Assembly (NCBI GenBank): GCA_050251055.1
Contig: JBFWNL010000001.1
Coordinates: forward strand, 555,825-619,824
Length of the DNA: 64,000 nt
DNA from: Bacteriovoracia bacterium
Lineage (GTDB): Bacteria > Bdellovibrionota > UBA1018 > JBFWNL01
Direction: 5' to 3'
The notes below the pieces were generated by a model. That model was not told the DNA's origin. It made no database searches and saw nothing but the letters and a program-made list of their open reading frames with translations. Positions 8,957 through 19,027 of this stretch are shown one piece after another. Made by a program: the position numbers and the translations under genes. Position 1 is the first letter of the stretch; every line of letters begins with the position of its first letter.

Positions 8957-9982
8957 GTGATGAGGATGATCGCACTCTTTCCCGGACAAGGCTCGCAGCA
9001 CGTCGGCATGGCCAAGGATCTCTTCGACAACTTTCGATTGGCGCAGGAACTCTTCGAGGAAGCGTCCGACGCCGCGAAGGTAAATCTCAAGAAACTCTGT
9101 TTTGACGGCCCCGAAGCCGACCTCACCGCCACGGAGAACGCGCAGCCCGCGCTCCTACTCGCATCTACCTGCGCTCTGCGCATCGCGGAAAAAGAAACGG
9201 GTTTCCAAGCCACCCTCACGGCCGGCCATTCGCTCGGCGAATACTCGGCGTTGGTCGCCACCGGGGCGATTCCCTTCGCCACCGCCATCCGATGGGTACG
9301 CGAGCGCGGCTTAGCCATGCAAAAGGCCGTCCCGCGCGGCGAAGGTTCGATGACCGCCGTGCTGAATATGGAAGACGCGCTCGTGGAGAAGATGTGCGCG
9401 GAAGCAACCCGGCTTGCCGCCGCCAAACGGCCCTCCAGCGACTACCAGCACTTAAGCGTCGCGCCGCTCGTCGCGCCCGCGAATTTCAATGCTCCCGGGC
9501 AAATCGTGATCTCGGGCTCGGTGGATGCCCTGGCGGAAGCCACCGCGTTGATGAAAACCCCGGAGTTCTCCGGCAAGGCGATCCCGTTGCAAGTGAGCGC
9601 TCCCTTCCACTGCGCGCTCATGAAGCCTTCGCGCGACCGCATGGCGGATGTTTTCGCGAAGACCCCCGATGCTGAGAAACCACACGCGTTGAAGTGCCCA
9701 TACATCCCGAATCGGACGGCGCGCATCACCACCGAGGCGTCCCTCGTGTTGGACTTCTTGGTCGAGCAGATTGACCATCCGGTCCTCTGGAAGCAGTCCA
9801 TGGAGAACCTACTGCAGGCGCACGAAGGCCCGGAATTGAAAGCCGTCGAGTTCGGTCCCGGCAAGGTGCTACAAGGCTTGGCTAAACGCATCGCAAAAAA
9901 CGCGGGTAAGACATTCCAAGTCGAGAGCGTCGGCGACACGGCGGGGATCAAAAACTTGATGGCCCTGGGAGCAAATGCATGA
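8957..9982 (+). CDS. fabD: Malonyl-CoA:ACP transacylase
   Basis: FPGQGSQ, GHSLGEY and SAPFHC motifs. The true start may be one of the next in-frame ATGs. Confidence 0.96.
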   Translation: MMRMIALFPGQGSQHVGMAKDLFDNFRLAQELFEEASDAAKVNLKKLCFDGPEADLTATENAQPALLLASTCALRIAEKETGFQATLTAGHSLGEYSALVATGAIPFATAIRWVRERGLAMQKAVPRGEGSMTAVLNMEDALVEKMCAEATRLAAAKRPSSDYQHLSVAPLVAPANFNAPGQIVISGSVDALAEATALMKTPEFSGKAIPLQVSAPFHCALMKPSRDRMADVFAKTPDAEKPHALKCPYIPNRTARITTEASLVLDFLVEQIDHPVLWKQSMENLLQAHEGPELKAVEFGPGKVLQGLAKRIAKNAGKTFQVESVGDTAGIKNLMALGANA

Positions 9983-10731
9983 ACGCGACATCCGAATCTA
10001 AACCCGTAGCCCTCATTACTGGCGCATCGCGTGGTATCGGTGCCGCCATTGCGGAGCGCCTCGCGCTGGACGGTTTTTTTGTGGTGCTCAACTACTCTTC
10101 CAATGAAGGCCGTGCGCGGGAAGTTCTCGATCGTATCACCGACCAAGGTGGGGCCGGACAGCTTTGCCGCTTCGACGTGGCCGACCCCGTCCAAGTCGAC
10201 GAAGCGATCGCGAAAATCGGCAAGGATATCGGCCCATTGGCCGTTCTCGTAAATAATGCCGGGATCACCGTCGACTCGCTCCTGATGCGTCTAAAGAATG
10301 AAGACCTGGATCGCACGTTAGGAATCGACCTAAAGGGAGCTATCTACTGCACTCGCGAAGCGTCCAAACAGATGATGAAGGCGCGGGCGGGTTCCATCAT
10401 TCAAATCAGCTCGGTCGTAGGCGAAATGGGCAACGCCGGCCAGGCCGCCTACGCGGCCGCGAAATCGGGCCTCATTGGATTCACCAAATCTGTGGCCAAG
10501 GAGCTTGCCAGCCGCGGTGTGCGAGCCAATGTGATTACGCCGGGTTATATCGCCACCGAGATGACAGAAGCCTTGACGGAAGCCCAAAAAGAAGCGATTC
10601 TGCGCAGCGTTCCGTCAGGCGCCATGGGTACCCCCGACGATATCGCTTCGGCGGTATCGTTTCTGGCCTCCTCCGAAAGCCGTTATATCACCGGCCAAGT
10701 CCTCGGAGTGAACGGCGGAATGTACATGTAG
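9979..10731 (+). CDS. fabG: 3-oxoacyl-ACP reductase
   Basis: TGASRGIG, NNAGIT, YAAAK motifs. ATGA overlap with fabD. Confidence 0.96.
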   Translation: MNATSESKPVALITGASRGIGAAIAERLALDGFFVVLNYSSNEGRAREVLDRITDQGGAGQLCRFDVADPVQVDEAIAKIGKDIGPLAVLVNNAGITVDSLLMRLKNEDLDRTLGIDLKGAIYCTREASKQMMKARAGSIIQISSVVGEMGNAGQAAYAAAKSGLIGFTKSVAKELASRGVRANVITPGYIATEMTEALTEAQKEAILRSVPSGAMGTPDDIASAVSFLASSESRYITGQVLGVNGGMYM

Positions 10732-10749
10732 TTTTTTTAGGAGAAGAAA

Positions 10750-10998
10750 ATGGCAACCACCACTTTAGAAGATCGTGTCCGTAGCATCATTTGTGACCAG
10801 CTCGCCGTGGAAGCGGAAAAGGTAAAGGACGCCGCGTCCTTCATCGAAGATCTGGGCGCGGACAGCCTCGACATCGTCGAACTCGTCATGACCATGGAAG
10901 AAGAATTCGATCTCGATATCCCGGACGAAGACGCCGAGAAGATCAAGACCGTGGGCGATGTCGTGAAGTACATCTCCCAAAAGGCCAACGCTAGCTAA
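10750..10998 (+). CDS. acpP: Acyl carrier protein
   Basis: [14 protein letters not shown] phosphopantetheine motif, with AGGAG SD. Confidence 0.98.
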   Translation: MATTTLEDRVRSIICDQLAVEAEKVKDAASFIEDLGADSLDIVELVMTMEEEFDLDIPDEDAEKIKTVGDVVKYISQKANAS

Positions 10999-11015
10999 GG
11001 CCAGCTCGTCGGCAC

Positions 11016-12347
11016 ATGCCCCCAGTCCAATACAACCGAAGGGTGGTCGTTACCGGAATCGGGGCGGTCTCTCCCTTAGGTAATAGTGCGCCCGAAACCT
11101 GGAAAAACGCGCTTGAAGGGCGCTCCGGGATCGGCTCGATCACTCTCTTTGACACCAAAGACTGCCCGGTGACGTTTGCCGGGGAAGTCAAAGGTTTCGA
11201 AGTCACGCGCGCGATCACGCCCATCCGGCCCCGTCCGCTCGATCCCGAGGCCGCGGAAATCACGCAAGCCGTGAACGCGAAGGACGCCAAAAAAATGGGG
11301 CGCTTCATTCATTTCGCGATGGGCGCCGGCGTGGAGGCTTACATCGATTCCGGGCTGGATAAGATCCGGGCGAAACTCGATCCTACCCGCCTAGGAATCA
11401 ACATCGGCGTAGGTATGGGCGGCCTGGGCGAAATCGCTGGCGTGCATGACGATCTCCGCGAAAAGGGTTACCGCCGCATCACCCCGTTCTTCATCCCGCA
11501 AGTCATCCCCAACCTGGCTTCCGGCAATCTCAGCATCCTACTCGACTTCCAAGGCCCCAACCTTTGCAACGTGACCGCTTGCTCGTCGAGCGCGCATAGC
11601 ATCGGGGAGAGCTACTATCAGATCCAACGCGGCGACGCCGACATCATGCTCGCGGGGGGCGCCGAAGCCGTCATCACCCAATTGGGCGTGGGCGGGTTCG
11701 CGGCCATGCGCGCGCTCTCGACCCGCAACGAAGATCCACAAAAAGCCTCGCGCCCCTTCGACACGGGCCGCGATGGTTTCGTCATGGGCGAAGGCGCGGC
11801 GGCGCTGATGCTCGAGGAATACGAACACGCGCGCGCCCGCGGCGCCAAGATCTACGGCGAAGTCGTGGGCTACGGGCTCTCGGGCGACGCCTATCACATG
11901 ACGTTACCCGCGCCCGAAGGAGCCGGAGGATACCGCGCGATGAAGATGGCGCTGGAACGCTCGGGCGTTCCGGCCGACCGCGTGGGCTACGTCAACGCGC
12001 ACGGCACCTCCACCCCGGCCGGAGATACCGAAGAGGCCGCCGCGATCAAAAAGCTTTTCCCCAACGGCGCGAAACATCTGCACGTGAGTTCCACCAAGTC
12101 CATGACGGGACATCTCTTGGGCGCCGCCGGCGCACTCGAAGCTCTGTTCAGCGTACTCGCCCTGCACGAAGGAAAAATCCCGCCGACCATCAACCTCGAA
12201 AACCTCGACCCGAAATGCGCGGCCACGGGACTGGATTTCACGGCAAATCGCGCGGTCACGAAAACCTTTGATTACGCCATCTCCAATAGCTTCGGCTTCG
12301 GCGGCACCAACGCCAGCGTCATGCTGGGACGCGTGGGGGCAAAGTGA
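11016..12347 (+). CDS. fabF: Beta-ketoacyl-ACP synthase II
   Basis: TACSS, NAHGTST, KSMTGHLLGAAG, NSFGFGGTN motifs. Confidence 0.97.
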   Translation: MPPVQYNRRVVVTGIGAVSPLGNSAPETWKNALEGRSGIGSITLFDTKDCPVTFAGEVKGFEVTRAITPIRPRPLDPEAAEITQAVNAKDAKKMGRFIHFAMGAGVEAYIDSGLDKIRAKLDPTRLGINIGVGMGGLGEIAGVHDDLREKGYRRITPFFIPQVIPNLASGNLSILLDFQGPNLCNVTACSSSAHSIGESYYQIQRGDADIMLAGGAEAVITQLGVGGFAAMRALSTRNEDPQKASRPFDTGRDGFVMGEGAAALMLEEYEHARARGAKIYGEVVGYGLSGDAYHMTLPAPEGAGGYRAMKMALERSGVPADRVGYVNAHGTSTPAGDTEEAAAIKKLFPNGAKHLHVSSTKSMTGHLLGAAGALEALFSVLALHEGKIPPTINLENLDPKCAATGLDFTANRAVTKTFDYAISNSFGFGGTNASVMLGRVGAK

Positions 12348-12787
12348 GTCAACGCGTTCTCATCGCCTCCGATCACGCCGGATTCCCGCTCAAGACCGCG
12401 CTTCAGGAGATCCTCAAGGACATCGAGTGGGACGATCTAGGTCCTTCCAACACTTCGCGCGTCGACTATCCTGATTACGCCGCCGTGCTCGCGCGCAAGA
12501 TCTCCGAAGGCGCCGCCGATCTGGGCATCCTCATTTGCGGCACCGGCATCGGCATGTCGATCGCCGCCAACAAGTTCAAGGGCGTGCGCGCCGCCGTGGT
12601 GGAGAACCCGACCTCGGCGCGCCTAGCCCGCGACCACAACCACGCCAACATCCTGTGTCTTGGCGCACGCATGCTCGGAAACGAGTACGCCGCGGAAATC
12701 ACCCGCAAGTTCCTGGATACCTCTCCGTCCGCGGATCCGAGACATCGGGGCCGCGTCCAGAAAATCGGCAACCTAGAGAACCAGTAG
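12344..12787 (+). CDS. rpiB: Ribose-5-phosphate isomerase B
   Basis: ASDHAG, VDYPD, CGTGIGMSIAANK, HNHAN motifs. GTGA overlap with fabF. Confidence 0.97.
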   Translation: MSQRVLIASDHAGFPLKTALQEILKDIEWDDLGPSNTSRVDYPDYAAVLARKISEGAADLGILICGTGIGMSIAANKFKGVRAAVVENPTSARLARDHNHANILCLGARMLGNEYAAEITRKFLDTSPSADPRHRGRVQKIGNLENQ

Positions 12788-13044
12788 GGCCGCGCCCGCG
12801 CCGGTAACTTCCGCCTCCGCTTCCAGTATTGCTCGGATAGGCACCTACCCAGCCCCTACCGCCTGACGGTAGTGAGCCACCCTCACGTATCCGTCAAAGT
12901 GGTCTTCCACAAAACGGTTTTCTCCGAGCTTCAGTAAACGATATTTGCCTGTTTTTATTGAATTTTTATCGATATAACGCGATGCGATGTTTATTTGACT
13001 AATAGCGTCATAGGTGATTTATCGCTCTCACGGAGAGAGAGCCG

Positions 13045-15171
13045 ATGAAAAACACGCCCCGTTACGCAGTATCCCCTGGAATCCCATTTTTTCTGAGTAT
13101 CTTGCTAGCAGGGTCGACCGGCGCTTCCGCGCACGCGCAAGAAGTGACGCAAATGGTCCTCGTGGACCAGCCGGGTAAACCCTTCCTCATCGATATTTTT
13201 GAAACCACGGAGGAAGAATTCGCGGCCGTGTTGCCCGCCCATAGCAAAGGCGGCTCCGGCGGTGGAAAACCGGCTCGCATCACGAACGGTCAAACCGCAA
13301 AAGATTACTGTGAAGCCAAAGGAAAGCGCCTCCCCACCGAAGCCGAATGGATGCTTGCCGCTTCGAACTTAGGCCAGAACAAGAAATACTCGCTGCGCGG
13401 CGATGCTCTCTATGACGAAAAAGGCAAGCTATTGGCGAATCTGACCGATAGCCGTGTCTACAAAAACAGCGAAGCGGTTTGGAATTTTCAAACCGTCGGA
13501 ATCGACGCGATCGGAACCGTCGGCATGACGGGCAATCGTCCCGAGTGGGTGATCGGAGAAAAGGGAACTTCGCGTTGCGGACTCTCTTACTATGCGAGTC
13601 CAAACAACGCGGAGCTGGAGAAACTTTGCAAACCGTCATCCGACACTGAACGCGACGGCACCGCCCGCTGCGTCTTGGATTATACCGATGGCATCCTCGT
13701 GCAAATGGGCGAACGCGTGACGGGGGAACTCAGGACCTACGTGGAAAGCCTATTTGATCCCGCCCATGGCTGGTCCGTGAGACCTAACCTGGTTTTTGCT
13801 CCGCTACCTCCAATTAAACCGGCGTCCTCGGGCGGTTCCGGCTATTCGAGTGGCTCCACCTATTCCGGTGGCACCAACTATTCCGGCGGTTCTAGCTATT
13901 CTTCCAACGCCGACGTGCCGGACGTGCAGATCCTCACCCCGCGGCAGCGCAAGCTTGAATTTGAGCTCGCCTCCACTCCCTCCGACGGCATGGTGAAGCT
14001 TTCTCTGGTATTCACGGAAAGCAAAGGACGGATGGGCCACGAAATAGACCTTGGCGAAATGAAAGTCAGCCGAGGTAAGCAGGTTTTCCGGGTGGACCTA
14101 GAGCTCATCCAAAAAATCGAAGTAGACCATCCCCGTCAGCGTGCCTGGCTGAAGGCGGAGAGCGGAGGCCGGGAGCTGAAGTTTTCGGGGAGCGGCGTTC
14201 CCGTGTTCACCAGTGGCGAAAAATTCGATTATGGATGTGACAATCCGGTGCTGATCTCGGACATGCATAACACCCTCGATAAGGGCGACGCCTGTACGAA
14301 GCAATATTTCGATGAGTTTATCGGTCTCAACAACCTCACGGTGTTCTTGGTCTCCACGACCGGCTTCTCGGCTTACCGCGATCTGCGCGCCGTGGGCTTC
14401 AAGCACGAAAAGAATATTCTTCCCCTCGACAACGTCGGCGGGACGGGAGGGAGCGAAAAGGCCCGCCGCGTGAAAGACGCGCTGTTCTCCACCGGCGCTT
14501 GCATCATCGGATTCGCCGGAGAAACCCCGGAAAAGGAAGGCCTAGCTGCGCAAACCCTCGACATCCCCTATCTGGGCGTGAACCAAAGCCTACGCCAGGG
14601 ACGGAAGATTCGCGACGAGCGCGTGGAAACCTACCTCTGTGAACGCAATCGCCCCCAGGAAGACGACTATGTGCAGCGCGGGCCCACCTGCGAAGAACCG
14701 TTCGAATCGCAGGAGTGGCGCCTGATCGAGTGCGAAGCCGACTTTTACAGTAGCGGCATTCTCGGGATTGGCGGCGGTACGAAAGTGCGTACCGAGACCC
14801 TGCAGATCCGTCCCGAAATCAAGGGCTCGGAAAACAAGATTTGCGAAACTTACGCGTTTCGCCGCAACGGGGTCACCGACTCGGAGGCAAAAAAAATCCG
14901 GCGCTCTGCTAAACCGGTCGAAAAAGCCCGTTACTGTTCCACGAAGGCGCCCCGCAGCTATGTTCGCAAAGATAAAGATGAGGCCTGTAAGGTCGGCTAT
15001 AACATCCGCGACAAGGTGGACTGGGTGCCCGTTTACGGCGAACCAGAGCCCGCCTACGACGTGAACAAATATCCCGCCGGCAGCGTGTCGACGAAAAACT
15101 GGTGTGAGCTAGTCGACATCTTGGTTGAGCGTCACAAGCTCAAGGGGCCCTCAAGCCGTCCGCGCCCTTAA
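13045..15171 (+). CDS. Secreted multidomain protein: FGE-sulfatase (SUMF1/EgtB-like) domain, Ser/Gly/Tyr linker, HAD-like segment, Cys-rich tail
   Basis: Signal peptide ending ASAHA. FLIDIFET, YCEAKGKRLPTEAEW and GMTGNRPEWV are FGE-family motifs. ISDMHNTLD resembles HAD motif I. Confidence 0.75.
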   Translation: MKNTPRYAVSPGIPFFLSILLAGSTGASAHAQEVTQMVLVDQPGKPFLIDIFETTEEEFAAVLPAHSKGGSGGGKPARITNGQTAKDYCEAKGKRLPTEAEWMLAASNLGQNKKYSLRGDALYDEKGKLLANLTDSRVYKNSEAVWNFQTVGIDAIGTVGMTGNRPEWVIGEKGTSRCGLSYYASPNNAELEKLCKPSSDTERDGTARCVLDYTDGILVQMGERVTGELRTYVESLFDPAHGWSVRPNLVFAPLPPIKPASSGGSGYSSGSTYSGGTNYSGGSSYSSNADVPDVQILTPRQRKLEFELASTPSDGMVKLSLVFTESKGRMGHEIDLGEMKVSRGKQVFRVDLELIQKIEVDHPRQRAWLKAESGGRELKFSGSGVPVFTSGEKFDYGCDNPVLISDMHNTLDKGDACTKQYFDEFIGLNNLTVFLVSTTGFSAYRDLRAVGFKHEKNILPLDNVGGTGGSEKARRVKDALFSTGACIIGFAGETPEKEGLAAQTLDIPYLGVNQSLRQGRKIRDERVETYLCERNRPQEDDYVQRGPTCEEPFESQEWRLIECEADFYSSGILGIGGGTKVRTETLQIRPEIKGSENKICETYAFRRNGVTDSEAKKIRRSAKPVEKARYCSTKAPRSYVRKDKDEACKVGYNIRDKVDWVPVYGEPEPAYDVNKYPAGSVSTKNWCELVDILVERHKLKGPSSRPRP
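13831..13905 (+). repeat. Degenerate 18-bp coding tandem repeat (about 4 units, YSxGxx)
   Basis: tattcgagtggctccacc / tattccggtggcaccaac / tattccggcggttctagc / tattcttcc encodes GYSSGSTYSGGTNYSGGSSYSS. Confidence 0.7.
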
Positions 15172-15231
15172 AGACCTTCCCTGAAGGTTCAGGGTCGCGT
15201 ATGTTGGGACCTTATAAGGAGAACCCCGCAT

Positions 15232-16491
15232 ATGCGCAGCTTCCTGAACCCTTTGGCCAAGGCCGATCCTGCCGTCCACGCCAGCGTGACCCGCGAACTG
15301 ACGCGCCAGGAGGACGGCCTGGAGATGATCGCTTCGGAAAACTACGTCTCCACGGCCGTCATGGAAGCCCAGGGTAGCTGCCTCACGAACAAGTACGCTG
15401 AAGGATATCCGAATAAACGGTACTACGGTGGCTGTGAATACGTGGACGAGGTGGAGAAACTTGCGATCGAGCGCGTATGCAAGCTATTTGGCGCCGTCGC
15501 CGCCAACGTACAACCCCACTCTGGATCCCAGGCCAACATGGCCGCATACTTGGCGCTCATCAACCCGGGCGATAAGATCCTCGGCATGAGCCTTTCCCAC
15601 GGGGGACACCTCACCCATGGCAGCCCCGTGAACTTCAGCGGCAAGCTGTTTAATGTCGTGAGCTACGGACTGAACCCCGCGACCGATCGCCTGGACTACG
15701 ATCTGATCCGTGATCTGGCGAAAAAAGAACGCCCGAAGGTCGTCGTGGCCGGCGCGAGCGCGTACGCGCGCGTGATTGACTTTGAAACTATGGGCGCGAT
15801 CGCCCGTGAAGTCGAAGCGGCGCTCGTCGTCGACATGGCTCACATCGCGGGACTGGTCGCGGCGGGATTGCACCCGTCCCCCATCCCCCACGCCGTCTAT
15901 ACGACGAGCACCACGCACAAGACACTGCGCGGCCCGCGCGGGGGGTTGATCCTCTCGGATGCCGAGAATATCAAGAAGGTAAACTCACTCATTTTCCCGG
16001 GCATCCAGGGCGGCCCGCTCATGCACGTGATTGCGGCCAAGGCCGTTTCGTTCGGAGAAGCGCTCGCGCCGGGATTTGTCGAATATCAAAAATCGGTCGT
16101 GGAAAATGCCCGCACCCTGGCCGAAGCGCTCCTGGCCAGGGGCTTTAAGCTCGTCACGGGGGGTACCGACAATCATCTGATGCTGGTGGACCTGACGACC
16201 TTCGGTGATGGTTCCATTTCCGGCAAAGACGCCGAGAACTGGCTCGATCAGGCCCATATCACCGTGAATAAGAACACCGTCCCCAATGAAAAGCGCAGCC
16301 CGTTCGTAACGAGCGGGATTCGCATCGGTACGCCGGCGCTTTCCACGCGCGGTATGCGCACCGCTGAAATGAAAATCATCGGGGGTTGGATCGCGGAAGT
16401 CATCGCCGCCAAGGGGAACGAAGCCACGATCACGAAAGTCCGCGGCGCGGTGAAAGAGCTGTGCGGGAAATTCCCGCTCTACGCGAAGTAA
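15232..16491 (+). CDS. glyA: Serine hydroxymethyltransferase
   Basis: [36 protein letters not shown] (PLP Lys), with AAGGAG SD. Confidence 0.98.
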   Translation: MRSFLNPLAKADPAVHASVTRELTRQEDGLEMIASENYVSTAVMEAQGSCLTNKYAEGYPNKRYYGGCEYVDEVEKLAIERVCKLFGAVAANVQPHSGSQANMAAYLALINPGDKILGMSLSHGGHLTHGSPVNFSGKLFNVVSYGLNPATDRLDYDLIRDLAKKERPKVVVAGASAYARVIDFETMGAIAREVEAALVVDMAHIAGLVAAGLHPSPIPHAVYTTSTTHKTLRGPRGGLILSDAENIKKVNSLIFPGIQGGPLMHVIAAKAVSFGEALAPGFVEYQKSVVENARTLAEALLARGFKLVTGGTDNHLMLVDLTTFGDGSISGKDAENWLDQAHITVNKNTVPNEKRSPFVTSGIRIGTPALSTRGMRTAEMKIIGGWIAEVIAAKGNEATITKVRGAVKELCGKFPLYAK

Positions 16492-16518
16492 AAACGCGCC
16501 ACCGCCGCGGCGGCTTGC

Positions 16519-18144
16519 TCAGCGGCTATTACTCAGCTTATTGAAAGGCGTGACCCACGCCTGTTCGGAGAACTCCGCGCGCGTGATCTTTTCATACTTG
16601 CGCGAAACGATTTGGAACAAGTTGGCCTGGGGAGAATCGACGATCCCGTCCGCGTTCGCCGCCAGGTTATCGAGGGCGAAGGAAGCCGGCGCTCGCGCGC
16701 CCATCGTGGCCGCGACGCCGTTTGGGCTGGAAGCCACCCTTTCCGCGGCGGCAGCGGACGATACATTTCCGACGGTGGGCTGCCCAGCGGAAGCGAGCAG
16801 AGTCCCGGAGCCCAGCGCCTGAAAAACGTCACTGATAGCGGTATCGATGATGGATCGAATGCTGCCTTCGAGCTGTGGTTGAGTTTTTGCGATCATCGCC
16901 GCGATCTGCCCGGGCTCGAGCGGACGATCGGGGTTCATGAAAACATCGGCATCGGCGCCGAACTCCTGCTGGACGGCGCTAAAGATCGTATTCGCCCGGC
17001 CATTCCCAAAAACATTCCGCATCGCGGGATCATGCGCCATCGCGCAATCCATTCGCTCAAACGAAGTCTTGAGCGAACCTACGCAAGGATCAACCGAGGC
17101 CGCCGCTTGTGCTTCACTCACGAATAAGTTCCATCCGAAGACCGCGAACCATTGCCCCAGCTCCGCCGGATCGATCTCTAGAAGCGCCGTATTCAATGCG
17201 TCGGCCTTGCGCTGGTTTTCCTTCTGATTCTTGTCCGCGTTGTTTCGGCCCACGACCTTCAGGGCGACCAGCCCCACGGAAACCGCGGCCGTCACGCAAG
17301 AACCGATCCCTTTGGCGTTCGCCGCCTCGACGGCGTTAGAGGCCGCGTTTTTCTCCATCATTCCCTTTAAGATGAAAAATCCGCCCGGCGCCGCGCCCGC
17401 CAACGAATACAGGCTGTTGCCGACCTTACCGGTGATCATGGTACTAAGGCCAATGTCGGCCGCCGCCGCGGCCACGCCGCCATATACGCAAACATTCCCG
17501 AGGGTCGTGACCCGCTTCGCGGTGGCTTGTAGCTTCGTTGCCGCCGCGTAGGCAGCTGCGGCGGATTGCTTCACCTTGGCGGCGATTCCGGCGCAGGCTT
17601 GAAATCCGGGCTTGGCGGCATGCGCGGCCGTTTCGGCGGCCACCGCTTCACCTTTGCTGCCCATCAGGTGCAAGTCGACGGCGGCCCCTTCATCCGGACC
17701 GGCGTCCTTCGATACCCCAGACGCCATCGCGGCCTCGGGCGCCGCCGCTTGCGTGGCCGAGGCGACGCCGGCTTCTTTTTCGGCACGTAGGAGGTTACTC
17801 AAGAATTTCGGATAAATGGCTTCCACCAAGGGAGCGGCTGCGACCGCGCCACAGCCTAACGCGGCTTTCGTATCGGTCACCAGCTGCGTCCCCGCCGCTT
17901 TCGCCGCCGCGCGATCCGCTCGGAGATCCATCAAGTACTGCATGCAATTCACGCCACAGATTCCCGCCATCGCGCCCCAGATCCCAATGCCGATAGTCTC
18001 GGCGGTCTTGGCCTTTTTGGCGGCATCCGCGCCATCCTGATAGCTCTGCCTTTGGGAATCCGCGCGCCCCGGGATTGGACACAGCAGCAAAATCGCTGCG
18101 AGCGCACCCATCGTAAAGCCTGATTTTTTGGGACAATTCTGCAT
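16519..18144 (-). CDS. Secreted Ala-rich hypothetical protein with several hydrophobic segments
   Basis: ORF 16519..18210. ATG 18144 has an AGAGGGG SD and is followed by a signal peptide (MGALAAILLLCPIPGRA). Confidence 0.8.
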   Translation of the reverse strand: MQNCPKKSGFTMGALAAILLLCPIPGRADSQRQSYQDGADAAKKAKTAETIGIGIWGAMAGICGVNCMQYLMDLRADRAAAKAAGTQLVTDTKAALGCGAVAAAPLVEAIYPKFLSNLLRAEKEAGVASATQAAAPEAAMASGVSKDAGPDEGAAVDLHLMGSKGEAVAAETAAHAAKPGFQACAGIAAKVKQSAAAAYAAATKLQATAKRVTTLGNVCVYGGVAAAAADIGLSTMITGKVGNSLYSLAGAAPGGFFILKGMMEKNAASNAVEAANAKGIGSCVTAAVSVGLVALKVVGRNNADKNQKENQRKADALNTALLEIDPAELGQWFAVFGWNLFVSEAQAAASVDPCVGSLKTSFERMDCAMAHDPAMRNVFGNGRANTIFSAVQQEFGADADVFMNPDRPLEPGQIAAMIAKTQPQLEGSIRSIIDTAISDVFQALGSGTLLASAGQPTVGNVSSAAAAERVASSPNGVAATMGARAPASFALDNLAANADGIVDSPQANLFQIVSRKYEKITRAEFSEQAWVTPFNKLSNSR

Positions 18145-18266
18145 GGCGGATCCCCTCTGTCCTAAATAATTATACCCTAGTCCCCCGGAAATCTGACGCA
18201 AGAGTCGCATTTATGTATTCTCTGTGTTCTCAAACGATCTCAGGAGTGTCCGGCATGCCCCAGGAT

Positions 18267-18391
18267 GGATCGGTGGGGCAAAACAGGGCTATTGGGGGCA
18301 AGAGCAGTACCCCACCGATCCTCACGTGGCTGTCCCTTTCCTCCGAGATGGTTTCCGAAAAATCCGGAGGGGGAAGCAGTTCCCTCTCCGG
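18267..18391. other. Two strong intergenic stem-loops
   Basis: GGATCGGTGGGG (18267-18278) pairs perfectly with CCCCACCGATCC (18310-18321). CCGGAGGGGGAA (18364-18375) pairs with TTCCCTCTCCGG (18380-18391) and is followed by ATTTTT on the minus strand. Confidence 0.65.
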
Positions 18392-18444
18392 CAAATCTCT
18401 GTAATATCAATCACTAAAACACTTGAGCCCCACCTGTAGTAGGC

Positions 18445-18473
18445 TTGCCAAGCGGGTGCCCATCCGGTAGAAG
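18445..18473 (+). promoter_or_regulatory. Putative sigma70 promoter of nrdR-nusB
   Basis: TTGCCA-N17-TAGAAG, about 30 nt upstream of the nrdR GTG. Confidence 0.45.
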
Positions 18474-18505
18474 CCCGTAACCTACATCGTGGGAGGAGTG
18501 CGGAA

Positions 18506-19027
18506 GTGAAGTGCCCTTTTTGCTCGGCAGTTGAAACCAAGGTCATCGATTCCCGGCTGAATCAGACCAACGACATCACGCGCCGACGCCGTGAATGCAT
18601 CCACTGCGAAGGCCGCTTCACCACTTACGAACGCGTCGAAGAAGTCATGCCCGTCATCATCAAAAAAGACGGACGCCGTGAAGTCTACAACCGCGACAAG
18701 ATCCATGGCGGCGTCTACAAGGCCTGCCAGAAACGTCCCGTCGGCGCGCAGCAGATCGACGGCATCGTCCAAAGCATCGAGAAAAAGCTACAGAGCTTCG
18801 GCGCCAAGGAAATCCCCAGTAAGACTATCGGCCAAATGGTGATGGCGGCACTTCACTCCCTCGACAAGGTGGCGTACGTGCGCTTTGCTTCCGTTTACCG
18901 TGAATTCCAAGACGTCGAGGAATTCGTCGCCGAACTCCAAGAACTTCCCAACGAGCCGGTCGATCCGGCAAGCTTGGCCTTCCCTTTCGTGGGCCAAGGA
19001 GAAAACAACCCGACTGCAACATCATGA
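18506..19027 (+). CDS. nrdR: Transcriptional repressor NrdR
   Basis: MKCPFC...VIDSR...RRRRECIHC..RFTTYE, ATP-cone, VAYVRFASVY. Confidence 0.98.
   Translation: MKCPFCSAVETKVIDSRLNQTNDITRRRRECIHCEGRFTTYERVEEVMPVIIKKDGRREVYNRDKIHGGVYKACQKRPVGAQQIDGIVQSIEKKLQSFGAKEIPSKTIGQMVMAALHSLDKVAYVRFASVYREFQDVEEFVAELQELPNEPVDPASLAFPFVGQGENNPTATS

Noticed and set aside
13045-13700. FGE-type C-lectin domain as a possible diversity-generating retroelement target
   Set aside because: No reverse transcriptase and no template/variable repeat pair is visible in the window, and the domain is N-terminal.
18276-18308. GGCAAA...GGCAAGAGC resembling a c-di-GMP-I riboswitch
   Set aside because: It lacks the GNRA-capped P2 stem and the downstream P3/receptor pattern.
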